From an uncultured Nitrospiraceae bacterium (GTDB lineage Bacteria > Nitrospirota > Nitrospiria > Nitrospirales > Nitrospiraceae): 64,000 bases of DNA. Positions 1-11,259 of this stretch are shown here, piece after piece. The notes beneath the pieces were generated by a model, which was not told where the DNA came from, did not search any database, and saw only the letters and a list, made by a program, of their open reading frames with translations. Every line of letters begins with the position of its first letter. The stretch's first letter is position 1. Position numbers and translations under genes: made by a program. The stretch spans positions 1,216,001 to 1,280,000 of the forward strand of contig CAWJWJ010000001.1 in the NCBI GenBank assembly GCA_963846575.1. Reading direction: 5' to 3'.

Positions 1-1
1 T

Positions 2-70
2 GTCGGCGCCTCGGATGATTCGCTGGAACGGATTTTGCGCGCGCAAGCGTTCAATCGGGAGTTTGAATGA
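2..70 (+). CDS. 3' end of an upstream CDS (partial, unknown product)
   Basis: Open frame from the window edge, VGASDDSLERILRAQAFNREFE*, ending at TGA 68-70; too short to identify. Confidence 0.4.
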   Translation, partial: VGASDDSLERILRAQAFNREFE

Positions 71-306
71 TTCGATTCGTACTACGTGATGATCGAGGCA
101 GATCGGCTGCAGGCCGACGGTTCGCGCGAGGTATTAGCGATTGCAAGCAGAAAATTTTCGGACAATACCAAACGTATGAAAGTGTTGTTCTTGATCCTCA
201 ATGATCATATTATCGGCGGCCAGGTTTTGAGGGTACCGGTCTCCCGCCTTGCCTGGCGTCGGATTTTCGTTCGTCCTTATCTCTTTAACCTGACAGGAGG
301 TTCCGT

Positions 307-786
307 ATGCTGAGCAGAGTGGCAGTGATGGTTCTGGGAGTGGTGGGCGCGTTGTCAGTCGAAACGACGGCGTGGGCGCTGCAGGCCGGTGGCGTCGAGG
401 TCGGCGACCTCGAGACCGGTTCAGTCGTAGGCCAGCCGTTCAAGGAGCTGGACGTGGACGTGCAGCTCTTTGCCGTCGATTTGGGAACCGTGAAAACCTG
501 GTATCCTCCGACGACCGTGATCGATTTTAAGGTCAGGCCGGGTAAGCCTGTCTTGATCAAGATTACGAACACCACCTCGACGGAGCGGGGTTTCCAGATG
601 ACCGACAAACTGAATGAGGGTTCGCCGTTTGTGATGAAGGCTGAAGTGGTCCTGAAGCCCGGTGAAACCAGGTACATCGGGGTCCCGACAAGCGATCTGT
701 TTTATGCCACCCAGGGCAACACGATTCTCTACCATGACCATCTCAATCCGAAACAGCCTGGCGGGAAGTTGATCATGTTGAAGTAG
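307..786 (+). CDS. Secreted cupredoxin-fold (nitrosocyanin/EfeO-like) protein, lacking Cys
   Basis: RBS AGGAGG; signal peptide ending AWA; cupredoxin-like segments V-x-PG-x-PV-x-I-x-I-x-N, GF, V(L)KPGET, terminal G-K-L-I strand. Confidence 0.6.
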   Translation: MLSRVAVMVLGVVGALSVETTAWALQAGGVEVGDLETGSVVGQPFKELDVDVQLFAVDLGTVKTWYPPTTVIDFKVRPGKPVLIKITNTTSTERGFQMTDKLNEGSPFVMKAEVVLKPGETRYIGVPTSDLFYATQGNTILYHDHLNPKQPGGKLIMLK

Positions 787-949
787 CGTCACGATCTCGC
801 GAGGAGTCCAGTGCCCCGTTCATCGTTTCGGATGGACGGGGCACTGTCATTTTTGGCGAGGGGAGGCTCCGGTCTTCGATGCCTTACGGGAGAGGCGGCC
901 TCGTCAAAATCTCCGGTGAGGCGGCGGCGTTCAGGGATCGGAGCGATTC

Positions 950-1510
950 TTACCAGTAGTAGGGAAAGGCACGCCCGTAGGGGCCCCAGAAGGAATAACC
1001 GAAGGGGCCATAGTATGGGTAGGGATAGGCGCGGTTTCTCCATTGGTGAGATTCTTGCGCGGGATTCCAGGTGTGAAGAGTTTTGATGTCGATGACGGGA
1101 TAGGTGTAATCCGTTTCGTCGAGCGGCAGGACCATGGAGCCGGTCAGTTCGCCGGTGATAGTGACGAACGTGCCGTGGGGAACCGTCGCCGGGTCCAGGA
1201 ACTCCCGCTGAATGGCGAGAAAGCGACCCTGGGATTTCATGAGGTCAAGGGTCGGTTGTTGCGACTCGTTGAGAGGGAGCTGGAGTACTTCGATGCGGGT
1301 GCCGTCTTTCATCCGCCGAGCCGTGAGCACCTGGCCTCCGAGCACGAGAGGTTGGCCTCTGAAGGAATCCGGGCTGGCCTTGATCTGCGCAAATGGCGGC
1401 GTCTGTGGCGCGTCCTGGATGGAATCGCGGACCTCGTTCGAAGCGCTACACCCCGCCAGGACCGCGGCAATCGAGAGCATCACAATCCGCTCTAGAAGTT
1501 TGGCACGCAT
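950..1510 (-). CDS. Slp family outer-membrane lipoprotein
   Basis: Lipobox LAGC; Slp motifs G-x-V..GG, IEVLQLPL, GRFLA, FLDP, TITGE, YTYPVI; Tyr/Pro/Trp-rich tail; start trimmed to M32 of the ORF. Confidence 0.85.
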   Translation of the reverse strand: MRAKLLERIVMLSIAAVLAGCSASNEVRDSIQDAPQTPPFAQIKASPDSFRGQPLVLGGQVLTARRMKDGTRIEVLQLPLNESQQPTLDLMKSQGRFLAIQREFLDPATVPHGTFVTITGELTGSMVLPLDETDYTYPVIDIKTLHTWNPAQESHQWRNRAYPYPYYGPFGYSFWGPYGRAFPYYW

Positions 1511-1606
1511 CACGGGCATTATACCAGAGGCATAAAGTAGCGAGCATTGTTTATAATGCCGAGTAGACTGTCGAATGATATGGAGCGTAGAAAAGGAGTG
1601 CATCGT

Positions 1607-2251
1607 ATGGTGAAGCGTCGTGGGTGGGGGCGAGGACTGGTTGGAACGATGGTGGTGACGGCCGCATTGGTGTTCGCAGGCTCAGTCTGGGCGGGCAAGG
1701 CCGAATTGAAGGGCAAATTCGAGATCCTTAAGGACGAGCTGTCGACGCATAAGCCGGGGAAGGTCCAGCTGATAGAATTTGCCGATTTCTATTGTCCCCA
1801 TTGCCACCGGTTTGACCAGGAAGGTATCCCTCTTCTGGAAAAGGAATTCGGAAAAAAATTGGAAGTCACGATGGTCGGATACCCGGTCATGCCAGGAAAG
1901 TTGCCCACCGCGTTCGACATGTATGAACAGGCCAGAATCATGGGCAAGGGCGATGAGATGAAGCGGGTCTTGTTCCGGATCATTCACAAGGACAAGATCG
2001 GCATCATCGACCGGACGATCCGCGAATTGCTGATCCGCGACGTGGGGCTTGATCCGGTGAAGTTTGAAGAAGGGTTGGCCAGCGCCAAGCCGGCAAGGAT
2101 TTTTGAGGAAGGCCGGAAATGGGGTGATCGGATCAAGGTGCAACAGACGCCCACCGTGTTATTGGATGGGAACATCAAGGTGGAGCAGATCGATCCTGAC
2201 AATCTGAAGGTGGTCATCCAGAGCATTCTGGATGGCGATGTGAAGAAATAG
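1607..2251 (+). CDS. DsbA-like thiol:disulfide oxidoreductase
   Basis: RBS AAGGAG; signal peptide; EFADFYCPHC active site; cis-Pro loop QTPT. Confidence 0.85.
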   Translation: MVKRRGWGRGLVGTMVVTAALVFAGSVWAGKAELKGKFEILKDELSTHKPGKVQLIEFADFYCPHCHRFDQEGIPLLEKEFGKKLEVTMVGYPVMPGKLPTAFDMYEQARIMGKGDEMKRVLFRIIHKDKIGIIDRTIRELLIRDVGLDPVKFEEGLASAKPARIFEEGRKWGDRIKVQQTPTVLLDGNIKVEQIDPDNLKVVIQSILDGDVKK

Positions 2252-2305
2252 CAGGTATCCATCGGGAGGCGCGGCGCCTCGCAACTTTATTTCCCGGGGC
2301 ATGGC

Positions 2306-5172
<2,867 letters not shown>

Positions 5173-5176
<4 letters not shown>

Positions 5177-6684
5177 GTTCTGAGTGTGTGCCCTCTCCAC
5201 GCATGATAGGCTGGGGCCTGCCGTTTCGAAGGATGTGCAACGCCATGTCGTTTCCCCTCTGTCGCCCGTTCGTTGTGATTGCCGCGCTGTGCGGTGCGTT
5301 GTTTGGATCTTATGCTGTGGGGCCGGTGGCTGAAGCCGGTTCCGGCTCGTTACCGCTGCGTCCAACGCCGGTCAACACGATTGCTGACCTGCAGACGCAG
5401 GTGCGCACCACGGCGGCCAAAGTCATCCCCGCCGTCGTCAGTATTGCCTCCACGGTCATGGTGCACGATCAAACCTTCAGCGATGAAGGCCTTCCGTTCG
5501 GCATGCTCAAAGACGCGCCGCCTCGCCGGCAATACGGTCAAGGATCCGGCGTGATCGTGTCGTCGGATGGTTATATCATCACCAATAATCATGTGGTGGG
5601 GGATGCGGGAAACGTGGAAGTCATTTTGGCGGATCGCCGGCAATTCAAGGGCCGCGTCGTGGCGACGGATCCCAAAACCGACGTGGCGGTCGTCAAAATC
5701 AACTCCACGGGGCTTCCTACCGCGGCCTGGGGTGATTCGAGCGCCCTCGCGGTCGGCGATTTCGTACTGGCGATCGGGAACCCGTTGGGATTGAGTCGCA
5801 CGGTGACGTTCGGCATTGTCAGCGCGGTCGGTCGCGCGGACGTCGGCGTGGCCGACGTGGAGGATTTCATTCAAACCGATGCGCCGATCAATCCCGGGAA
5901 TTCCGGCGGCGCATTGGTGAACATCAACGGTGAGGTCGTCGGGATCAATACCGCCATCGCGAGTCCGACCGGCGGCAGCGTCGGGGTGGGATTCGCGATT
6001 CCCAGCAATATGGCGCGAACTGCCATGCAAAGTCTCATCAAGACCGGCCGCGTGGTGCGGGGGTTCCTGGGCGCCTCGACGCAGGATGTCACGCCGCTCC
6101 TGGCCAAGATCTTTCATTTGCCTGATGTCAAAGGTTCGATCGTGACTGACCTCCAGTCCAAAGGGTCGGCTGAGCGGGCCGGGTTGAAGCGCGGTGACGT
6201 GGTCGTGCGTTTCGACGGGCGTGACGTCATGGACAGCGGCCATTTGCGCAACCTGATGGCGGCGGCAGTCATCGGCAGCAAACACCGGATCGAGCTGATC
6301 CGTGATGCCAGGCTCATGCAGACCGAACTCATCGTGCAGGAGGCTCCCCGGGAGCGGGTCAGAAAGAGTCAGTCGGCAGATACCGCGAGCCTGACGACGA
6401 ATCCATTGGCCGGCGTGATCGTCGACGATGTGACCCCGGCACTGGCGCGGCAGTTGGATTTGGCTGTCGATTTCGGACTGGTCGTGACGGATATCGAAGA
6501 AGGAAGTTTGGCCGAGGTGTCCGGTCTTCAGCCCGGCGACCTCATTGTGGAACTCAATCGCCAGCCGATCCCGAATTTCGCCACCTTTCAACGGCTCGCC
6601 GAAACGTTCCGTTCCACCGATCTCGCGCTCCTCCTCATTAACCGCCAGGGCAATCTCCTCTATATCCCGATCCAAGCCGAATAG
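5173..6684 (+). CDS. DegP/DegQ (HtrA) serine protease with two PDZ domains
   Basis: [23 protein letters not shown] triad; PDZ motifs; true start may lie downstream. Confidence 0.92.
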
Positions 6685-6725
6685 ATTCCGGTCACACGCT
6701 CCATGCAGGCGTCGTGATTCTTCGG

Positions 6726-6771
6726 TTGACGCCCGGCGTTCGCGGTGTTACGTTTTTAAAAATCGTAACAC
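6726..6771 (+). promoter_or_regulatory. sigma70-type promoter overlapped by a palindromic NikR operator
   Basis: TTGACG(6726)-N17-TACGTT(6749); inverted repeat GTGTTACG-N11-CGTAACAC at 6745-6771 just before the nikR ATG. Confidence 0.75.
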
Positions 6772-6782
6772 TGGTGATGGTC

Positions 6783-7202
6783 ATGAAAAAGCTTGTCCGC
6801 TTCGGGGTCTCACTCGATCAGCATCTGCTCATGGACTTCGATCGACTGATCGAGCGCCGTAGATATACCAGTCGGTCCGAGGCGATTCGCGATCTCATCA
6901 GGGATAATCTTGTGGGTCAGGAGTGGGACGAGAACAAAGAGACGGTGGGCACGATTACCTTTGTCTATGATCATCACGTCCCGGATCTGACGCGAAAGCT
7001 CACCCACATTCAGCACGACTTCCAAGGTCACATCATGGCCGGGATGCATGTCCATCTTGACCATGACCATTGCCTGGAGGTTCTGGTGGCGCGAGGCAAG
7101 GGGGGCGCCATCCGGAAGGTGGCCGACGCATTGCTCAGCGTCAAGGGTGTCAAGCATGGAAAGTTGACCATGAGCACGACCGGCAAGGGACTGGGCCTCT
7201 GA
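6783..7202 (+). CDS. nikR: Nickel-responsive regulator NikR
   Basis: RFGVSL ribbon-helix-helix, SRSEAIRDLIR, YDHH, QH, H-x-H-L-x-H-x-x-C-LEV Ni site, GVKHG. Confidence 0.95.
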   Translation: MKKLVRFGVSLDQHLLMDFDRLIERRRYTSRSEAIRDLIRDNLVGQEWDENKETVGTITFVYDHHVPDLTRKLTHIQHDFQGHIMAGMHVHLDHDHCLEVLVARGKGGAIRKVADALLSVKGVKHGKLTMSTTGKGLGL

Positions 7203-7707
7203 TGCCGATCTGTGGCGGCGGTGGCCTGATCGGCGGATAGCCAAAGGGGCGGTGTGGCGTTGCGGATGGGGCGCAGGAGGTCCTTGGCCGGAGAATCAAT
7301 CGAATCCCTGCCAAAGCGCTGGCGAGGGCCATCGAAACTTGCACTCAAACCCGCCCGGCCGGTGGGGGATCGGCCTTTTCTGAGCGCCGGTATGCACGTG
7401 GGTTTCTTGAGTCCTCCGATGTCCGGTTCCCTAGTTGGGAACGTCACTGCCATTGTTGTGCAGGCGTTGCTCGAATCTGCCGCGATAAGTTGTTCTTCCC
7501 GTCGGCGTCGGGGGATGAGTGCTCCAGGCGTCGAGTGACCATGCCGCTTAGCGCATTGCGTCTCTTCTGAGGCAATCGCCTGAGTGCCACCGCGGGTTTC
7601 TCACGTTCACGACATTCGGATCGCGAGGTCCTGAACCGGCCGAATCGGGGCGCCTGTCCGCTCTCATGAGCGCCCCGTCCCTGCATGCGATTTGAATCGG
7701 AGTGGTT

Positions 7708-9753
7708 ATGCGACGGTTGGCACGTATCCTAAGTCTGACAGTGCCCATGGTTCTTTCCGGTCTGACAGTCTTCGCCCATGACCCGGACCTGCTCGATATC
7801 GAGGTTCCGGAAGTAACCATAGAGGCAAAGCGTCCCATTGCCGCCTCGTCCCAGCAGTTCATCCCCGACAAAGAATACGTGATGCAACCGCAAGGGCGAC
7901 CCGCGCAGGTTCTCCGTCTGATTCCAGGGCTGGTCACGGTGGAACATTCCGGAGGGGCGGGGAAAGCGGATCAATATTTCCTGCGCGGGTTCGATGCGGA
8001 CCACGGTACGGATGTCGCCTTCTTCGCCGATGGCATGCCGATCAATTTACGGTCGCATGCGCATGGTCAGGGATATGCCGACTTGAACTTCATCATCCCG
8101 GAAACCATTGAAGGAGTGGATGCCTACAAGGGGGCCTATCACGTCGAGTTCGGAGACTTCTCGACGGCCGGAGCGGTCAATTTCAGGACCAGGGACGCGG
8201 TTCGCGAAGGCATCGTGCAGGCGGCCGGCGGGCAGTTCGATACGCACCGGTATCTGCTGATGCTGTCTCCCACGAAGGACAAGGTTCGGACGCTCGTTGC
8301 GGCGGAAGGCTACTACACCAACGGGCCGTTTCAGAACGACAATCGTTATGTTCGGGCGAATCTGTTGGGGAAGGCGACGGTGAATCCGACGGTCCGGTCT
8401 GAATTGAGCCTGACCGGAACCTTTCAGAAATCGCAGTGGAACGCCTCGGGCGAAATTCCCTTACGGGCGGTGCAGGACGGCTCCCTCAATCGATTCGGCG
8501 CGATCGATCCGTCCGAAGGGGGGAACACGCTGCGTTCGACCCTGCGCCTCAATTACCATTATGACACGCCAACCGGCGGTCACTGGTTCGCGAATGTGTA
8601 CGGGCAGTATTACCGATTCGATCTGTTCACGAACTTCACATTGTTTCTCGACGACCCTGTCAATGGCGATGGGATTCAACAATCCGACCGGCGGGTCATG
8701 TACGGTGGAGATCTCGGTTATCGACAGGCCCTTCACGCTCTGGACATGGACAGCGTGGTCACGGTCGGCCTGCAGTCGCGGGTGGACGATATTCATGCGC
8801 GTCTGGGCACGCAAACCAGACGCAATCCACTGGGAACGACGATCAATAGCACAATTTTCGAAGCCTCCTATTCGCCGTTTGTAAAATTGGAGGTGCAACC
8901 GGCCTCATGGCTGCGATTGACCGGCGGAGTGCGAAGTGAGCTGTTCACATTCGATGTGCGTAATCGCTGCCCTGATTGCGCCGAACAGCCGGCCGGACAC
9001 ACCAGCAGCGGACTCGTGCTCCCCAAGGCCAATATGATTCTTGGACCCTGGTTCCGCACGGAGATGTTTGTAAACTATGGCGAGGGTTTCCACAGTAATG
9101 ATGCGCGGTCAGCCGTGACGCCCGGCTCCGCTTCCCTTGCGCGTGCCAAAACCTACGAGGTGGGGCTTCGATCCAAACCCTGGGGACCAGAGGGATTGGA
9201 ACTGATCGCCACCTTGTGGGCGATTGATCTCAAATCAGAGTTGCTGTTCATTGGGGACGCGGGCACGACGGACATCCGCGGGGCGACACGACGGCGTGGC
9301 GTGGAAGTAACCGCACGCGGCCAGATTGCGGGTCCTCTTTATTTTAACGGCAGTATGACCTGGTCGCAGGCGGAATTTGTCAACGGCGATGCGGTTCCCC
9401 TGGCGCCGGAACTGACCGGTTATGGCGCGCTCATTGTGCGATGGCCGGAAGGCCTGACCTCTCAGCTGCAGGCGACCTATATGGGAGTCCGGCCCCTGGT
9501 GGAGGATCGCAGCATCAAGTCGCCTGCCTGGGTGACTCTTGACCTGTCCGAGCGTTATCACATTCCGGTTAAACTGGCGCATGGCCGCCTGGAAGGGTTT
9601 CTGTTTGTGCAAAACCTGTTCAACACCAAGTGGGAGCAGGCGGTCTTTGCATTCGAGTCGAGGCTGAGAACCGAAGCAGGGGGTGTGACGGATATCCACT
9701 TCGTGCCGGGCAATCCACGGATGGTCATGGGAGGCGTCGCGTGGTATTTTTAG
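7708..9753 (+). CDS. TonB-dependent receptor, possibly for nickel/metal
   Basis: Signal peptide; plug motif GKADQYFLRGFDADHGTD and HAHGQGYAD; C-terminal aromatic WYF; downstream of nikR. Confidence 0.9.
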   Translation: MRRLARILSLTVPMVLSGLTVFAHDPDLLDIEVPEVTIEAKRPIAASSQQFIPDKEYVMQPQGRPAQVLRLIPGLVTVEHSGGAGKADQYFLRGFDADHGTDVAFFADGMPINLRSHAHGQGYADLNFIIPETIEGVDAYKGAYHVEFGDFSTAGAVNFRTRDAVREGIVQAAGGQFDTHRYLLMLSPTKDKVRTLVAAEGYYTNGPFQNDNRYVRANLLGKATVNPTVRSELSLTGTFQKSQWNASGEIPLRAVQDGSLNRFGAIDPSEGGNTLRSTLRLNYHYDTPTGGHWFANVYGQYYRFDLFTNFTLFLDDPVNGDGIQQSDRRVMYGGDLGYRQALHALDMDSVVTVGLQSRVDDIHARLGTQTRRNPLGTTINSTIFEASYSPFVKLEVQPASWLRLTGGVRSELFTFDVRNRCPDCAEQPAGHTSSGLVLPKANMILGPWFRTEMFVNYGEGFHSNDARSAVTPGSASLARAKTYEVGLRSKPWGPEGLELIATLWAIDLKSELLFIGDAGTTDIRGATRRRGVEVTARGQIAGPLYFNGSMTWSQAEFVNGDAVPLAPELTGYGALIVRWPEGLTSQLQATYMGVRPLVEDRSIKSPAWVTLDLSERYHIPVKLAHGRLEGFLFVQNLFNTKWEQAVFAFESRLRTEAGGVTDIHFVPGNPRMVMGGVAWYF

Positions 9754-9881
9754 CAGGACGCTGTCAGAACTGGTTGATCTCCCTTGGTAACCGGGAGACA
9801 CAAGGCTACGACGGTCGCGAAAGGGATCAAATTCCCGGCGGGCCCAACGTTGCCCGGTGCGTGGAATAGCGGTGTTTCGAA

Positions 9882-10472
9882 ATGAGTGAACTCAGAGCTC
9901 GTAGGTTGGACCGTGCCTACTTCGCCCGGCCCACCCTCGATGTCGCGCGGTCGTTAATCGGCAAGTACCTGGTTCGCGAGCAGGACCAGGGTGTCGTCGC
10001 GGGTCGGATTGTGGAGGTCGAGGCCTACATCGGCCCGGAGGACAAGGCCTGCCATGCGTCGAAAGGCCGCACAGGTCGGACGGAGGTGTTGTTCGGTCCG
10101 CCCGGACATGCCTATGTGTATCTCTGCTACGGGATGCATGAAATGTTGAACGTCGTGACCGAGCAGGATGGATATCCGGCTGCCATCCTTGTGCGGGCGG
10201 TGGAGTGTGACGGGAGGCTCATCGACGGACCGGGCCGGCTGACCCGCATGTTCGGCATTGATCGCCGGTTGAATCGTTGTGACCTCACGGCCGGGGAAGC
10301 CCTCTGGTTCGAGGATCGCGGGGAGTTGCTGCCGCAGGGCGCATTGAAAACCTATCCGAGGATCGGGGTCGAATACGCAGGAGAATGGGCGAAGAAACCC
10401 TGGCGATTTCGACTGCATCTGGAGACGGGTCAGGTCAAAAGAAGCGTAAGGACAGCCAGGCGCCAAAAATAA
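9882..10472 (+). CDS. mpg: DNA-3-methyladenine glycosylase (MPG family)
   Basis: VARSLIGK, GRIVEVEAY, D.ACH, YVYLCYGMH, GPGRL, PRIGV, PWRF. Confidence 0.92.
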   Translation: MSELRARRLDRAYFARPTLDVARSLIGKYLVREQDQGVVAGRIVEVEAYIGPEDKACHASKGRTGRTEVLFGPPGHAYVYLCYGMHEMLNVVTEQDGYPAAILVRAVECDGRLIDGPGRLTRMFGIDRRLNRCDLTAGEALWFEDRGELLPQGALKTYPRIGVEYAGEWAKKPWRFRLHLETGQVKRSVRTARRQK

Positions 10473-10504
10473 ACGGGGCCGCCGTCCTGAGACGGCGGCC
10501 CCGT
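10465..10504 (-). terminator. Intrinsic terminator between convergent genes
   Basis: Perfect 14-bp stem ACGGGGCCGCCGTC/GACGGCGGCCCCGT (10473-10504), 4-nt loop, A-tract on the left giving a U-tract on the minus strand. Confidence 0.8.
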
Positions 10505-10527
10505 GTGTGATGCGTCAGGAGGGGAAC

Positions 10528-10893
10528 CTAGTCGATCTTCCGATCGCCGGTGATCTTCGTGGCCGAGGTCACAGGTGGCTCAATCTTGATTTGCGGTCCC
10601 TGCACGTTCGGCAACCGTCCGGCACCCTGGCTCTGAGTGATCCGCGCATTGTCGGTCTTGACCAAATTCTGCTCGGCATGTTTGGTGGAATTAGCGGATT
10701 TCATCAACGTGGAATCGCCGTGGGCGTCCTTCTGTCCCGGGTCATTGGCCGTCGGCTGTCCATTCACGGGGCTGCCGTCATTCTTCATCGGATAGCCTTC
10801 ATGCTTCGGCAACAGCGCCGGATTTGCGGAGGCCATCGAAACCATAAACAATACGCCTGCAAGGGTCGCCACGGTGCCGATCACGAATTTCAT
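10528..10893 (-). CDS. Small secreted hypothetical protein
   Basis: RBS AAGGAG; signal peptide ending ASA; own promoter and terminator. Confidence 0.8.
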   Translation of the reverse strand: MKFVIGTVATLAGVLFMVSMASANPALLPKHEGYPMKNDGSPVNGQPTANDPGQKDAHGDSTLMKSANSTKHAEQNLVKTDNARITQSQGAGRLPNVQGPQIKIEPPVTSATKITGDRKID

Positions 10894-10967
10894 ACCCCTA
10901 CTCCTTTGAAAGAATGTGAAAGTATGCTGGTCGATGATAATCGATTAGGAGCCTAAAGAGTGCCGGA

Positions 10968-10996
10968 ATCTTAACTATCCGGAGAAGCGGTGTCAA
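10968..10996 (-). promoter_or_regulatory. sigma70-type promoter
   Basis: Minus strand TTGACA-N17-TAAGAT upstream of 10528..10893. Confidence 0.65.
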
Positions 10997-11259
10997 GGAC
11001 AAAGGGGGAAAGGCGTGGTGACCTGTAATCAGGCTCTTCGCTCGAGCATTTTGCGGTCTCAAAAGGCCCCCCCTAGGATGGAGTGTGCCGAGAATGGGCC
11101 TCCCGGGCCCGCATGGAAGGAATCCGGAACAGCCTCGTCTGGCTGCAGCAGAGTGGCCATGCCGGTCGTGGTCCGGATAGGCCGTGAAGAAAACTCTGGC
11201 GCTCGTGCAAGGACTGCAGTCTGAAGCCGGTCAGTTCGTGCGCCGGTGCGAACGAGGGT

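Noticed and set aside
7203..7707. Cobalamin riboswitch or leader ORF upstream of the TonB receptor
   Set aside because: No B12-box or GGGAA...GCCACTG core in the right arrangement; ORF 7254..7538 has no recognisable motif; only a short hairpin at about 7646-7677
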